Below, in pieces: positions 9,333-17,669 of a stretch of DNA of 64,000 nucleotides; the first letter of the stretch is position 1, and every line of letters starts with the position of its first letter. A program made the translations under genes and the position numbers. The notes beneath the pieces are model-generated. The model saw only the letters and a list, made by a program, of their open reading frames with translations. It had not been told where the DNA came from and ran no database searches. This DNA is from an uncultured Actinomycetota bacterium (GTDB taxonomy: Bacteria; Actinomycetota; Geothermincolia; Geothermincolales; RBG-13-55-18), in NCBI GenBank assembly GCA_964462595.1, contig CAYWXM010000032.1, positions 22,465 through 86,464 of the forward strand, given 5' to 3'.

Positions 9333-9773
9333 GTGGGCAAAAAGAAGCCGCTGAAAGTAGACATCGGCGAGCTGACAGCGGCAATGAACTACGGCAATTA
9401 TGATATGGAGTACTACCTGGACATGGATACGGGAGAAGTCATACCCATATGCGACGATTACAGGTGCATGGAGGAATTGGCGGAGGTCTTTGAGGCAATT
9501 GAAAACGAGTCGGAACGATATTTGTACATAGATAAGGTGGAATCCTGGGATGCCTACCGTGATATGGAAAGATTCATCTTAACCGTCAAGGACGAGAGGC
9601 TGAAGAAGCTTCTTATCGTGGCTATCGACGGGAAGGGCGCTTTCTCCCGTTTCAGGAAAGTCATCTGTGAGTACCCGGAAGAAAATGACCGGTGGTTTGC
9701 CTTGAAAAGCGAAAAGGACAAGCGGAGAGCACTGGAATTCCTCGACGCAATCGGTGTCGAGCCCGTTGAATAG
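9333..9773 (+). CDS. UPF0158-like hypothetical protein
   Basis: ORF track starts at TTG 9318. GTG 9333 has GGAGGTG 6 nt upstream. The sequence KKPLKVDIGELTAAMNY... resembles UPF0158 family proteins (from memory). Confidence 0.55.
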   Translation: MGKKKPLKVDIGELTAAMNYGNYDMEYYLDMDTGEVIPICDDYRCMEELAEVFEAIENESERYLYIDKVESWDAYRDMERFILTVKDERLKKLLIVAIDGKGAFSRFRKVICEYPEENDRWFALKSEKDKRRALEFLDAIGVEPVE

Positions 9774-9822
9774 TCGTGTGGCTGCACTACCCGGCGACAC
9801 TTTTCATCCATGCTTTTGTGAT

Positions 9823-9898
9823 TGTCAGCCCCCGGGGGCTGACAGAGTTGTCTTACTTTTTATGACTTATTCAGTCATGCTATAGTAAGACTTAGTCA
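9823..9898. promoter_or_regulatory. Terminator/operator region between the UPF0158-like gene and the RHH/PIN module
   Basis: Perfect 22-bp palindrome tgtcagcccccgggggctgaca at 9823-9844. Nested inverted repeats gtcttact/agtaagac and atgact/agtcat, with repeated AGTCAT half-sites, lie immediately upstream of the antitoxin gene. Confidence 0.45.
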
Positions 9899-9919
9899 TA
9901 CGCGCGAAGGGAGGGCGTG

Positions 9920-10177
9920 ATGTCAAGGACGACAAGGACCATCACCATATCTCTTCCACCCCGCCTGCACGAGGAAGTCGAAAGGCTGGCACGTGAAGAG
10001 AACAAGACCAAGAGCGAGCTGTTCAGGGACATGATCAAGGTATACGGGGATTACCTGGACGAGAAGCGCGTGCTGCGACTCAGGCGTTTGGGCAAGGAAA
10101 GCGCAAAGAAATACGATATCCGTTCCGAGGAAGACATCGTCAAGCTGGTACACGAAGCACGAGGCATAAAGGAATAG
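9920..10177 (+). CDS. Ribbon-helix-helix (CopG/VapB-like) antitoxin
   Basis: RTITISLPPRLHEEVERLAREENKTKSELFRDMI is an RHH fold signature. Its stop lies 2 nt before the PIN gene. Confidence 0.75.
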   Translation: MSRTTRTITISLPPRLHEEVERLAREENKTKSELFRDMIKVYGDYLDEKRVLRLRRLGKESAKKYDIRSEEDIVKLVHEARGIKE

Positions 10178-10179
10178 CC

Positions 10180-10575
10180 TTGCACCGCGTGGTCTTCGAT
10201 ACCAACGTGCTTATTTCAGCCTTTATCTTCGGGGGCAATCCCGAGAGGCTTTTCGACCTTGCCCGCTTCGGGGAACTACGGCTCATCGTCTCACCCGACA
10301 TTCTCATGGAGTTCGCCTACGTCATGAAAGAGAAGTTCGCTTGGGCAGAAGACGATATTGCGGAGGCGATAAAGGCGATCGGCTACTCGTCGGAACTGGT
10401 TAGAACCACGCAGAAGCTGAAGTTGGTCATAGATGACGCCGACAATCGCATCCTCGAGTGCGCGCTTGAGGGAAACGCTGATTTCATCGTCTCCGGCGAT
10501 CATCATCTCCTCGATGTTGGGAGATTCCAGGATGTAAGGATCGTGCGGCCCAAGGCATTTCTGAGATTCCTCTAG
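10180..10575 (+). CDS. PIN-domain toxin (VapC-like, TIGR00305-like family)
   Basis: VVFDTNVLISA...IVSGDHHLL acidic PIN motifs. TTG start with AAAGGAA 5 nt upstream. Confidence 0.8.
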   Translation: MHRVVFDTNVLISAFIFGGNPERLFDLARFGELRLIVSPDILMEFAYVMKEKFAWAEDDIAEAIKAIGYSSELVRTTQKLKLVIDDADNRILECALEGNADFIVSGDHHLLDVGRFQDVRIVRPKAFLRFL

Positions 10576-10674
10576 CCGGGGCGTTATCCCTCAGGTATTC
10601 GTTCATCTACGACTTGCCCTCTATGCCAGTGCTCGCAGGCAGGATGCCTGAAAGTGGCGCGATTGTGGCTTGCC

Positions 10675-12375
10675 CTACCTCCGGGGCGGGATATCGTCCA
10701 GGCCCAGCTGGCCCCCCGGGTTCATTATGCCGTGGGGGTCGAAGTGGCGTTTGAGCGCCCGCAGGACCTCCATCTGCTCCCTGCCCAGGTGCTGCTCCAT
10801 CCAGGGAGCGAGCAGGCGGCCGATGCCGTGGTGGTGGCTGGGGGTGCCCCCGTATTTCAGTATGTTGTCAATAATGCCGTTCTGGAACTCCACGTACTCG
10901 TCCACCTCCATGCGGGCCATGAATATGAAGTAGAGGTTGGTGCCGTGGGGGTAGAAGTGCGAGGCGTGGGTCATGCAGATGGTGCCCGGCCGGCTCTTTA
11001 TATATGCGCGCACCCCCTGGTGCAGGCGGTGCAGGTTGTCCCAGGTAACGCTGGTCTCCAGGGTGTCTAAAAAGATGCCGTAGTCGTTTAAGTCCTCGCG
11101 CATGAACGGCTCGGTGTAGCGGGTGTGCTCCCACATGCGCCCGGGATAGCCAGTCATGGGAAGGGCGCCGTGCTCCCGGGCGATGCGCTTGATGGTGCGC
11201 GCCACCAGCCGGGTGTACTCCCCGTCCCCCTCCACGTTGCCCAGGCACAGGCTGCGGCTCCCGGGCTTGTAGCCCAGGCGGGCCAGGCCGGCGTCAACGA
11301 ACCCCGGGACGCCGTAGAGCTTCAGGCCCCGGTCGGTCTCCTCGGGGTCGGAGATGCGGTAGATGGCGGGCAGGCCGGACTCGTGCTGCATGATCTCGCG
11401 GCTGGCGTCCACCGCGACCTCCCAGGTGGGGAACATGAAGCTGAAATAGCGCCGGTTCTCGGGCATAAAGCGGAATATCTTCATGTTCAGCTCGACCAGG
11501 ATGCCGAAGGCTCCCTCCGAGCCCTTGAAGATGTCGTTCACCTTTGGGCCGGTGGCCGTGGCCGGGTAGTCGAGGGTCTTTATGGTCCCCACCGGGGTCA
11601 CGTATTCCTGGCTGAAGACGAGGTCGCAGGCATCGCCGTAATAGGTGGAGGCCTGGCCCGAGCCCAGGGTCACCACCCAGCCCCCCACAGTGGAGTACTC
11701 GAAAGACTGGGGAAAATGCCCGTTGGTGTAACGGAGCTTGCAGCCGAAAAGCTCGGGTGCGTTGTTGAGGGCCTCCTCGTAGGCGGGGCCGAACATGCCC
11801 GGCTGCACTCGCGCGGTCTGGTTGAGCTCGTTTATCTCCAGCAGTTTGTTCATGTGCGTGCTCATCACCAGGGTGACGCCGCCCTTGTAGGGCCGGCAGC
11901 CGAAGTTCACCGACGAGCCGGCGCTGAAGACGGTTATGGGGATGCGCTCTGAGTCGCAGTAGCGCACGATCTCGCTGACGTCTTCCTTGTCGCGCGGGTG
12001 CACCACCACGTCCGCCACCTCGCGGATGACCCCCCGGCGCAGCTCCCATATCTCCTCCGAGGTCATGCCGGTGGCGTATTTCACGCGGCTGTAATCGTCC
12101 GTGGCCACGTTCTCTGATCCCACGATGCGGGCCAGGGCCTCGATGTGCGTGGGCGCGAGCCGCGGCGGGCGGCCCAGCACCACCGGCTCGTGGCCCTCGC
12201 TCTGCTTGGCTGAGAAGTCGGCCTTGCTCATGCCGAACTCCCGCATCATCATCTCCACCCAGGCGTCACTGGGGTGCTTGAAGCGGTGCGGCTCGCCGTA
12301 TTTCACGATGGAGCGGATGGTGCCGGGCTTCGGGGGCTGCTCCGCCCAGTCCGGCCTGAAACGCTTCAGCTTCAT
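10675..12375 (-). CDS. FAD-linked oxidase (PCMH/VAO-type FAD-binding domain; alkyl-DHAP-synthase/glycolate-oxidase-like)
   Basis: FAD-binding-4 type N-terminal half and conserved C-terminal HHHGIG motif. Confidence 0.8.
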   Translation of the reverse strand: MKLKRFRPDWAEQPPKPGTIRSIVKYGEPHRFKHPSDAWVEMMMREFGMSKADFSAKQSEGHEPVVLGRPPRLAPTHIEALARIVGSENVATDDYSRVKYATGMTSEEIWELRRGVIREVADVVVHPRDKEDVSEIVRYCDSERIPITVFSAGSSVNFGCRPYKGGVTLVMSTHMNKLLEINELNQTARVQPGMFGPAYEEALNNAPELFGCKLRYTNGHFPQSFEYSTVGGWVVTLGSGQASTYYGDACDLVFSQEYVTPVGTIKTLDYPATATGPKVNDIFKGSEGAFGILVELNMKIFRFMPENRRYFSFMFPTWEVAVDASREIMQHESGLPAIYRISDPEETDRGLKLYGVPGFVDAGLARLGYKPGSRSLCLGNVEGDGEYTRLVARTIKRIAREHGALPMTGYPGRMWEHTRYTEPFMREDLNDYGIFLDTLETSVTWDNLHRLHQGVRAYIKSRPGTICMTHASHFYPHGTNLYFIFMARMEVDEYVEFQNGIIDNILKYGGTPSHHHGIGRLLAPWMEQHLGREQMEVLRALKRHFDPHGIMNPGGQLGLDDIPPRR

Positions 12376-12450
12376 GGGAGGTCCTTTCCTGCAAGCAACC
12401 GGTATTTCCCGTATGAATCCTTACCCATATACTCTAACACAGTAAGCCGG

Positions 12451-12475
12451 GGGGTCAGGCCCGGAAATCGGCCAC
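12451..12475 (+). repeat. 25-bp repeat GGGGTCAGGCCCGGAAATCGGCCAC, copy 1
   Basis: Identical copy at 13646-13670. Related inverted copies in the tandem repeat at 39011-39098. Partial match at ~22775-22795. Confidence 0.85.
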
Positions 12476-12731
12476 GCTGATACGGCGTCCGTGCAGGGCG
12501 GCCTGGTAAAGTAACCGGGATTTCTGTGCGTCCAACTCCGCCAACGACTGGCTGGGCGGCAAGACCATCTTTCTCCCGGAAGGAGGTACCCTCACGCCGG
12601 CATGTGAAAAGAGTGAGCGCGGTGAAGACTTGCGTTGATGTGAATCGCTCCATGTTCGCATTTATGCGAAATTGGAAACGGCCGATACTACACGGGAACG
12701 GTCGATTGCCCGGAAGATGAAGGAGAAGAGG

Positions 12732-13640
12732 ATGCGTACCCGTAAGACATCACGTTACCTGGCGCTGATAGCGCTATTATCGGTCGTCGCGCTGCTGGTG
12801 CCCCTGGCGGCAGGCGGCTGTGGTTCGTCGGAACCGGAACCGGAGCCACAGGCCCAGCCGGTGGTCAAGAAGGTAGACCATATCACCATCAGCTGCGCCG
12901 ACCCCGCGGCGCTGTTCGAAACGCTCACCCGGACCCTGGGGCTGCCGGAGGCCTGGCCGCTCTCCTCCTACCCCGGGTTCACCACCGGGGGCACCTATTG
13001 CGGCAACGTGAACGTCGAGACGCTGCAGTTCGGCGACCCCGGGGACGCCTCGAGCGGGGCTCCGAATTTCACCTTTATCTACGGCATCGTGTTCGAGTCC
13101 TATCCTATCGCCGAAGTGATGGACGAATTCCGGCAGCGCGGCGCCGAGCCTGGCGATCCCGAGGACCAGATGCGGGAGATGAACGGGCAGCAGGTGAAGG
13201 TGTGGACCAACGTGACCCTGAACGGGCTGTGCAGCGAAGACTACATCGTCTACCTGTGCGAGTACACGCCGCAGATGGAGGAATCCCTGGAGCAGCGCGC
13301 CCAAGCCAACCCCGTGCCACTGGGGGGGATCGGGCTGATCGGGGTGAAGGAGATCGCCATCCTCAGCACGCAGACCGAACAGACGCGGGACCTTTGGAAG
13401 ACTGTCTTCGCCCCGGTGACCATGACCGACGACGGCGCGCTGTCCTTCGGCTCCGGCCCCGCCGTCCTCATAACCGACGGAGAAATGGACGTCATCGCGG
13501 GTCTGGTCCTCGAGGTGGAATCCCTGAAAGTAGCGGAGGAATTCCTCGCGCTGAACGGCCTGCTGGGTGAGGTCGGCGACGAAGAGATAAGCATCGATCC
13601 CGACAAGGTGCAGGGCCTGGACATCACCCTGGTCGAATAG
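12732..13640 (+). CDS. Lipoprotein, possibly VOC/glyoxalase-fold
   Basis: Signal peptide with lipobox LAAGGCGSS. AAGGAG RBS before ATG 12732. Flanked by identical 25-bp repeats. Confidence 0.7.
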   Translation: MRTRKTSRYLALIALLSVVALLVPLAAGGCGSSEPEPEPQAQPVVKKVDHITISCADPAALFETLTRTLGLPEAWPLSSYPGFTTGGTYCGNVNVETLQFGDPGDASSGAPNFTFIYGIVFESYPIAEVMDEFRQRGAEPGDPEDQMREMNGQQVKVWTNVTLNGLCSEDYIVYLCEYTPQMEESLEQRAQANPVPLGGIGLIGVKEIAILSTQTEQTRDLWKTVFAPVTMTDDGALSFGSGPAVLITDGEMDVIAGLVLEVESLKVAEEFLALNGLLGEVGDEEISIDPDKVQGLDITLVE

Positions 13641-13645
13641 GCCGA

Positions 13646-13670
13646 GGGGTCAGGCCCGGAAATCGGCCAC
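13646..13670 (+). repeat. 25-bp repeat GGGGTCAGGCCCGGAAATCGGCCAC, copy 2
   Basis: Begins 6 nt after the lipoprotein gene stop. Identical to copy 1. Confidence 0.85.
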
Positions 13671-13697
13671 TTTCTTTCGTCGGGGTGCCAAACCCTC

Positions 13698-16604
13698 CTA
13701 CACCCAGTTCAGCTCGCCGCTGAAGTCCCTGTCGTATATTAATTTCCCGTTCTCCTCGATGCTGGCCTTGACCTCGAAGTCACGCTGCGAGACCACCTGG
13801 CTGGCCTGGAAGAGGTAATCGCGCCCTTCCAGGGGGAACTCGGCCCTCCCGCTCGCCTCCAGCAGCGCCGAGTCCGGCTCCCCTTCGGTCACGCTGGCGT
13901 CGCAGGTGAGCTTCATGAGCATGGGCGATTTGAGGTGCGGCAGGGGAAGCTCGTATCCCACGCTCCAGTGCACGGTCACCCTGCCCGTCTCCGCGTCCCT
14001 GAGCACCCGGTACTCCCTTTCCTGTGGGTCCATCTGACCCTCGAACATGCCCAGGTCGGGCGCCGCCAGTTGCGGGTTTTTTTCGGGCAGCCCCGCCCCT
14101 TTTATCGCCGTTATCTCCAGCCTCTGCGCTTTCTCGGGCCCCATGTCCAGCTCGATATCCCCCTTATAGGGAAGGGGAAAGATGTAGGGGAAGTCGCTCA
14201 GCGATATGCTGACCCGGAGGCGGTGTCCGGCCTCCAGGCGGTAATCGGTGGGAAATAGCGTTACCGCCAGCACGTATTCCTGACCCGGCTGCGGTTTCTC
14301 GGGCCTCTCGTCGCCGTCCCTGTGGCTCATGCGCAACCACCCCCCGGTGATGAGCGTCGATCTACCGTCCGGGGTCACGTCGCACAGCCTCGCCCTTATG
14401 GCCGCATCGGGCATGGTGGTCGAGGCGGTAAGGGTGAGTACGGGCTCCCCCGCTATCTCCAGGGGCTCTGGCAGCGGCAGGGAATCGAAGGTCAGCGAAC
14501 GCTCGTCGTCCTCGCCCTGCTCGAGGGGATAGCCGAGGCCGAAGGGGAAGACCGCCACCAGCCCGGCCTTGACGCCCACCGCGGGGTCGTGTTCGTACAC
14601 CACGGTCTCCCCGTACTCGTCGGGCCTGTCGCCAAGGGTGCCGTCGCCGTGCAGGTAATAGACGACGGGCTGCGCGCCCGCCGGGGGCCATTCGTCCTCG
14701 TATTTCCAGTATCCCTTGCCCATCACGTAGACGGAAAGGGGCGGCTCCTCCTCGATCCCGTTGTCCTCTCCCTTGAGCCAGCGGTCGAACCACCTGATGC
14801 ACTCGCGCATGTAATCCACCGGCTCGTCCGTGCAGATGCTTGGGAAATAATGGGTCCAAGGCCCCATGAGCACTTTTCTGGGCCCCTGGACCTTGCCGTA
14901 CGCCTGCAGACCGTCGCGGTAGGAGAAACCCCTCCAGCCCTCCAGGATGTAGGTGGGAACCTTTATCCTGTCCACGGCGAAGTCGGTCTCTCTCCAGTAT
15001 TCGTCGTAGTCCACGTGTCGGGAAGGCTGCATGATGTATGGGACGTAGGCGTCCAGGCGCTTCTCCCACACCCTCCTCCAGTCCGGCCTGCCCTTCAGGT
15101 ACAGGGGAGGGAAGAGGTTGGTCAGGTTCATGAAATTGAGCCAGGTGCCGCAGACCCCCAGCATGTTGAAGGAGCCTCCGGGGAAGGCCAGGTTGCGGTA
15201 GAAGAACATGGGCGCCATGTCCGAGAACACCGCCTTCAGGCTGGGCGGGTTCTCCGCCGCCGCCTTAATCGCGCTCATCCCGCCGTACGACTCCCCCTCC
15301 ATGCCCACGTTGCCGTCGCACCATTTCTGGCGCGCGCACCACTCCACCAGCTCGTAGAGGTCCTCTCCCCTCAGGCCCTCGAAGGGGTCCCCGGAGATGC
15401 CCTCGGAGGCGCCGTGGCCCCGCAGGTCGGCCGCCACGAAGGCGTAACCGGCCTTGAGGAGATCGAGCCCCTCGAAGAGGGACATCCCCCCTCCCATGCC
15501 GTCTATCTGGTAGGGGAAGGCTGTGATCACCGCCGGCCATGGCCCTTTGCCCCGGGGAAGGAAGACGTTGGCGAAGAGGTCGACGCCGTCGCGCATGGTC
15601 ACCCGCTGGCCCCTCTTCGCCTTGACCATGTACAGGTAGGCGAGTTCCAGCTTGTCCAGGTCCACGGCCAGCTTGCTCCGGCCCGTCCTAAGCATATCCC
15701 GGTTGAGGAAGGCGATGAGCCGGTACTGCGCGCCGCGGGGAAGGGCGCCGAGCCTGGCCAGCATGCGGTTGCGGGACCCGGGCACGCAGACGACCCTGCC
15801 CCTGCGCAGGGCCTCCAGGGACTCCTCGACCACCTCCTGCGGCTGCATCCAGGGGAACTTGGAAAGCTCTTCCATGTCCACGTCCATCTTGTCGTGGAAA
15901 TGGGTATGGGTGAAACCCGGGCACAGCACCTGCACGCGCACTCCCGTGCCGAGAAGCTCCAGGTGCAGGGTCTCGGTCATGGCCACCAGGAAGGACTTGG
16001 TGGCGTTGTAGGTGACGGAGCCGGGGAAAGGGAACATGGCCAGCATCGAGGCCACGTTTATTATGTCTCCCCCGTGGCGGGCTTTCATCTGGGGAAGGGC
16101 GGCCCGCAAGAAGCGCATGCTGGCGATGTCGTGCACGGCGACGATATCCGTCTGGCTCTCTATATCCAGGTCGGCGAAGAAGCCTTCGGTGCAGTAACCG
16201 GCGTTGTTGACGAGCGTGGAAAGCCACTCCGCGGCCTCTATCCTCCTCTCCACCACGGCGACGTCCCCGGGATCGCTGAGGTCCGCGGTTATCGTCTCCA
16301 CCGCCACCCCGTGGCGGCTCCGCAGCTCCTCCGCAAGCGTTTCCAGCAGCTCCCCCTGCCTGTCCACCAGGATAAGGTCGCAGCCCTCGCCGGCCAGCCT
16401 GCGCGAGAAGGCCTCCCCTATGCCGCTGGCGGCGCCGGTGACCAGGGCTGTCCCTCCACGGGACGGCTCCTCCCCGGGAGCCCGAACAGAGCGGCGCGCG
16501 GCTACCGCCGCCCACGCTGCTGCGGCCGCAAGACCCAGCCACAACAGCCCCTTGCTCCCACCGGTACTGAAACGCCGCAGCTGGCCTCCAGGCTCAGAAC
16601 TCAT
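13698..16604 (-). CDS. Fusion protein: N-terminal TM/signal anchor plus short-chain dehydrogenase/reductase plus CocE/NonD-family (X-Pro dipeptidyl-peptidase S15-like) alpha/beta hydrolase
   Basis: SDR motif TALVTGAASGIGEAF...YNATK. The hydrolase half has GESYGG and GHGASEG motifs. 968 aa. Confidence 0.8.
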   Translation of the reverse strand: MSSEPGGQLRRFSTGGSKGLLWLGLAAAAAWAAVAARRSVRAPGEEPSRGGTALVTGAASGIGEAFSRRLAGEGCDLILVDRQGELLETLAEELRSRHGVAVETITADLSDPGDVAVVERRIEAAEWLSTLVNNAGYCTEGFFADLDIESQTDIVAVHDIASMRFLRAALPQMKARHGGDIINVASMLAMFPFPGSVTYNATKSFLVAMTETLHLELLGTGVRVQVLCPGFTHTHFHDKMDVDMEELSKFPWMQPQEVVEESLEALRRGRVVCVPGSRNRMLARLGALPRGAQYRLIAFLNRDMLRTGRSKLAVDLDKLELAYLYMVKAKRGQRVTMRDGVDLFANVFLPRGKGPWPAVITAFPYQIDGMGGGMSLFEGLDLLKAGYAFVAADLRGHGASEGISGDPFEGLRGEDLYELVEWCARQKWCDGNVGMEGESYGGMSAIKAAAENPPSLKAVFSDMAPMFFYRNLAFPGGSFNMLGVCGTWLNFMNLTNLFPPLYLKGRPDWRRVWEKRLDAYVPYIMQPSRHVDYDEYWRETDFAVDRIKVPTYILEGWRGFSYRDGLQAYGKVQGPRKVLMGPWTHYFPSICTDEPVDYMRECIRWFDRWLKGEDNGIEEEPPLSVYVMGKGYWKYEDEWPPAGAQPVVYYLHGDGTLGDRPDEYGETVVYEHDPAVGVKAGLVAVFPFGLGYPLEQGEDDERSLTFDSLPLPEPLEIAGEPVLTLTASTTMPDAAIRARLCDVTPDGRSTLITGGWLRMSHRDGDERPEKPQPGQEYVLAVTLFPTDYRLEAGHRLRVSISLSDFPYIFPLPYKGDIELDMGPEKAQRLEITAIKGAGLPEKNPQLAAPDLGMFEGQMDPQEREYRVLRDAETGRVTVHWSVGYELPLPHLKSPMLMKLTCDASVTEGEPDSALLEASGRAEFPLEGRDYLFQASQVVSQRDFEVKASIEENGKLIYDRDFSGELNWV

Positions 16605-17141
16605 CTCGATACACCTTTCCTTCCTCGTGATAACGGTACAGCAAATCGGCCCTTTGTCTTTCCTCGACCCCGATCGCCGTCAAACGCCTGGTAAGCTCCA
16701 GGAAATATCCATGTACAGCACCGCGACATCTTGGCTTATCGGGCAAGGTCTCCCTTATATACCTCCTGATGGAAAACCTACCCAACGGCGCGCGAGTTGA
16801 AACTCCCAGATCCTGGTTACTGCTTTTCCCGACAAATCCGCCAGCCATGCGGCAAGATGCTTCCCTCTTCGGTCCGGACAGGGTGGGCGCGAAGACCCCG
16901 TTTCACGGGGATGGCACAAAGGGCGTGCTTTCAGGTGGGGCTTTACGTTACTGATCTCGGCCCGGGGGAATACTATGTGCAGCGGATTTCGGCGTTAATG
17001 TGAGAGGCGCTCCCGCGCATAAAGCCGGAAGGGAAGCGCGCCGGTGCACGGCCTGGGCCTCGTCCGGCAAGGCGGGCACGACATTCCCGCCGCCGTCTTG
17101 CCGAACCTGTCGCATCGAGCGTTACCCACGGAGGTGATAGC

Positions 17142-17624
17142 ATGTCGAGGGAGAACAAGGTCCTGGGAGTAGGCGACAAGGCCCCGCATTTCGAGTTGAC
17201 CGACGCGGCCAGCGGAGAGGTGGTGAAGCTCTCCGACTTCGCGGGCCAGCCCATGATGATCTATTTCGGCCGGGGCACCTGGTGACCGCACTGCCGCGAG
17301 TATATGGGTCATATACAGGACATGTATCCGGAGCTCGAGAAGCGAGGGGTGAGGGTGCTGGTCGTCCTGGCCGAAAGGCTGCAGCACATCCGTGAATACC
17401 TCGAGGAGCATCCTTACCCCTTCCCCGTGCTTTCTGACATGTCACGCGAGGTGTCCAAGGAATACGGCGTTTACGTGCGGGTCAACTTCGAGTCGGTGCA
17501 CATCGCCCGCCCGTCCACCTTTATCCTCGACCCCGAGGGCATTATCAGGTACATCTTCGTAGCCAGCGTGCAGACGGAATACCCTGACGACTCCGGCATC
17601 TACGCGGTCATGGACGCCATGTAG
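17142..17624 (+). CDS. Peroxiredoxin/thioredoxin-fold protein with in-frame TGA (17283-17285) in a TW-U-PHC motif; candidate selenoprotein
   Basis: ATG 17142 with GGAGGTGA RBS. It reads MSRENKVLGVGDKAPHFELTD...MIYFGRGTW-TGA-PHCREYMGHIQDMYPE..., which is in-frame with ORF 17304..17624 (AhpC/TSA-like C-terminal half). Hairpin gtatatg-ggt-catatac at 17300-17316. Confidence 0.5.
17300..17316 (+). promoter_or_regulatory. Candidate bacterial SECIS-like hairpin (7-bp stem, GGU apical loop) 14 nt after the in-frame UGA
   Basis: Perfect inverted repeat gtatatg/catatac. The apical loop contains G and U, as in bSECIS elements. Confidence 0.4.
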
Positions 17625-17669
17625 GCGGCCGCTTCACGGGCGGCCGGGTATGCCGTCCGCGGCGGGACC

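Noticed and set aside
14322-16694. Long plus-strand ORF (790 aa), and many similar long ORFs elsewhere (e.g. 17754..19052, 19313..20908, 27582..29084, 29945..31480, 43442..45991, 46525..47631, 48562..49599, 49820..51283, 56560..58023), antisense to confidently assigned genes
   Set aside because: They are typical GC-rich antisense open frames. They have low-complexity Arg/Gly/Pro-rich translations and no RBS, and they fully overlap genes with clear domain content on the other strand.
16594-16848. 84-aa minus-strand ORF overlapping the start of the SDR-hydrolase gene by 11 nt
   Set aside because: No RBS and no recognisable domain. Position and coupling make it conceivable as a small leader protein, but the evidence is too weak to call.
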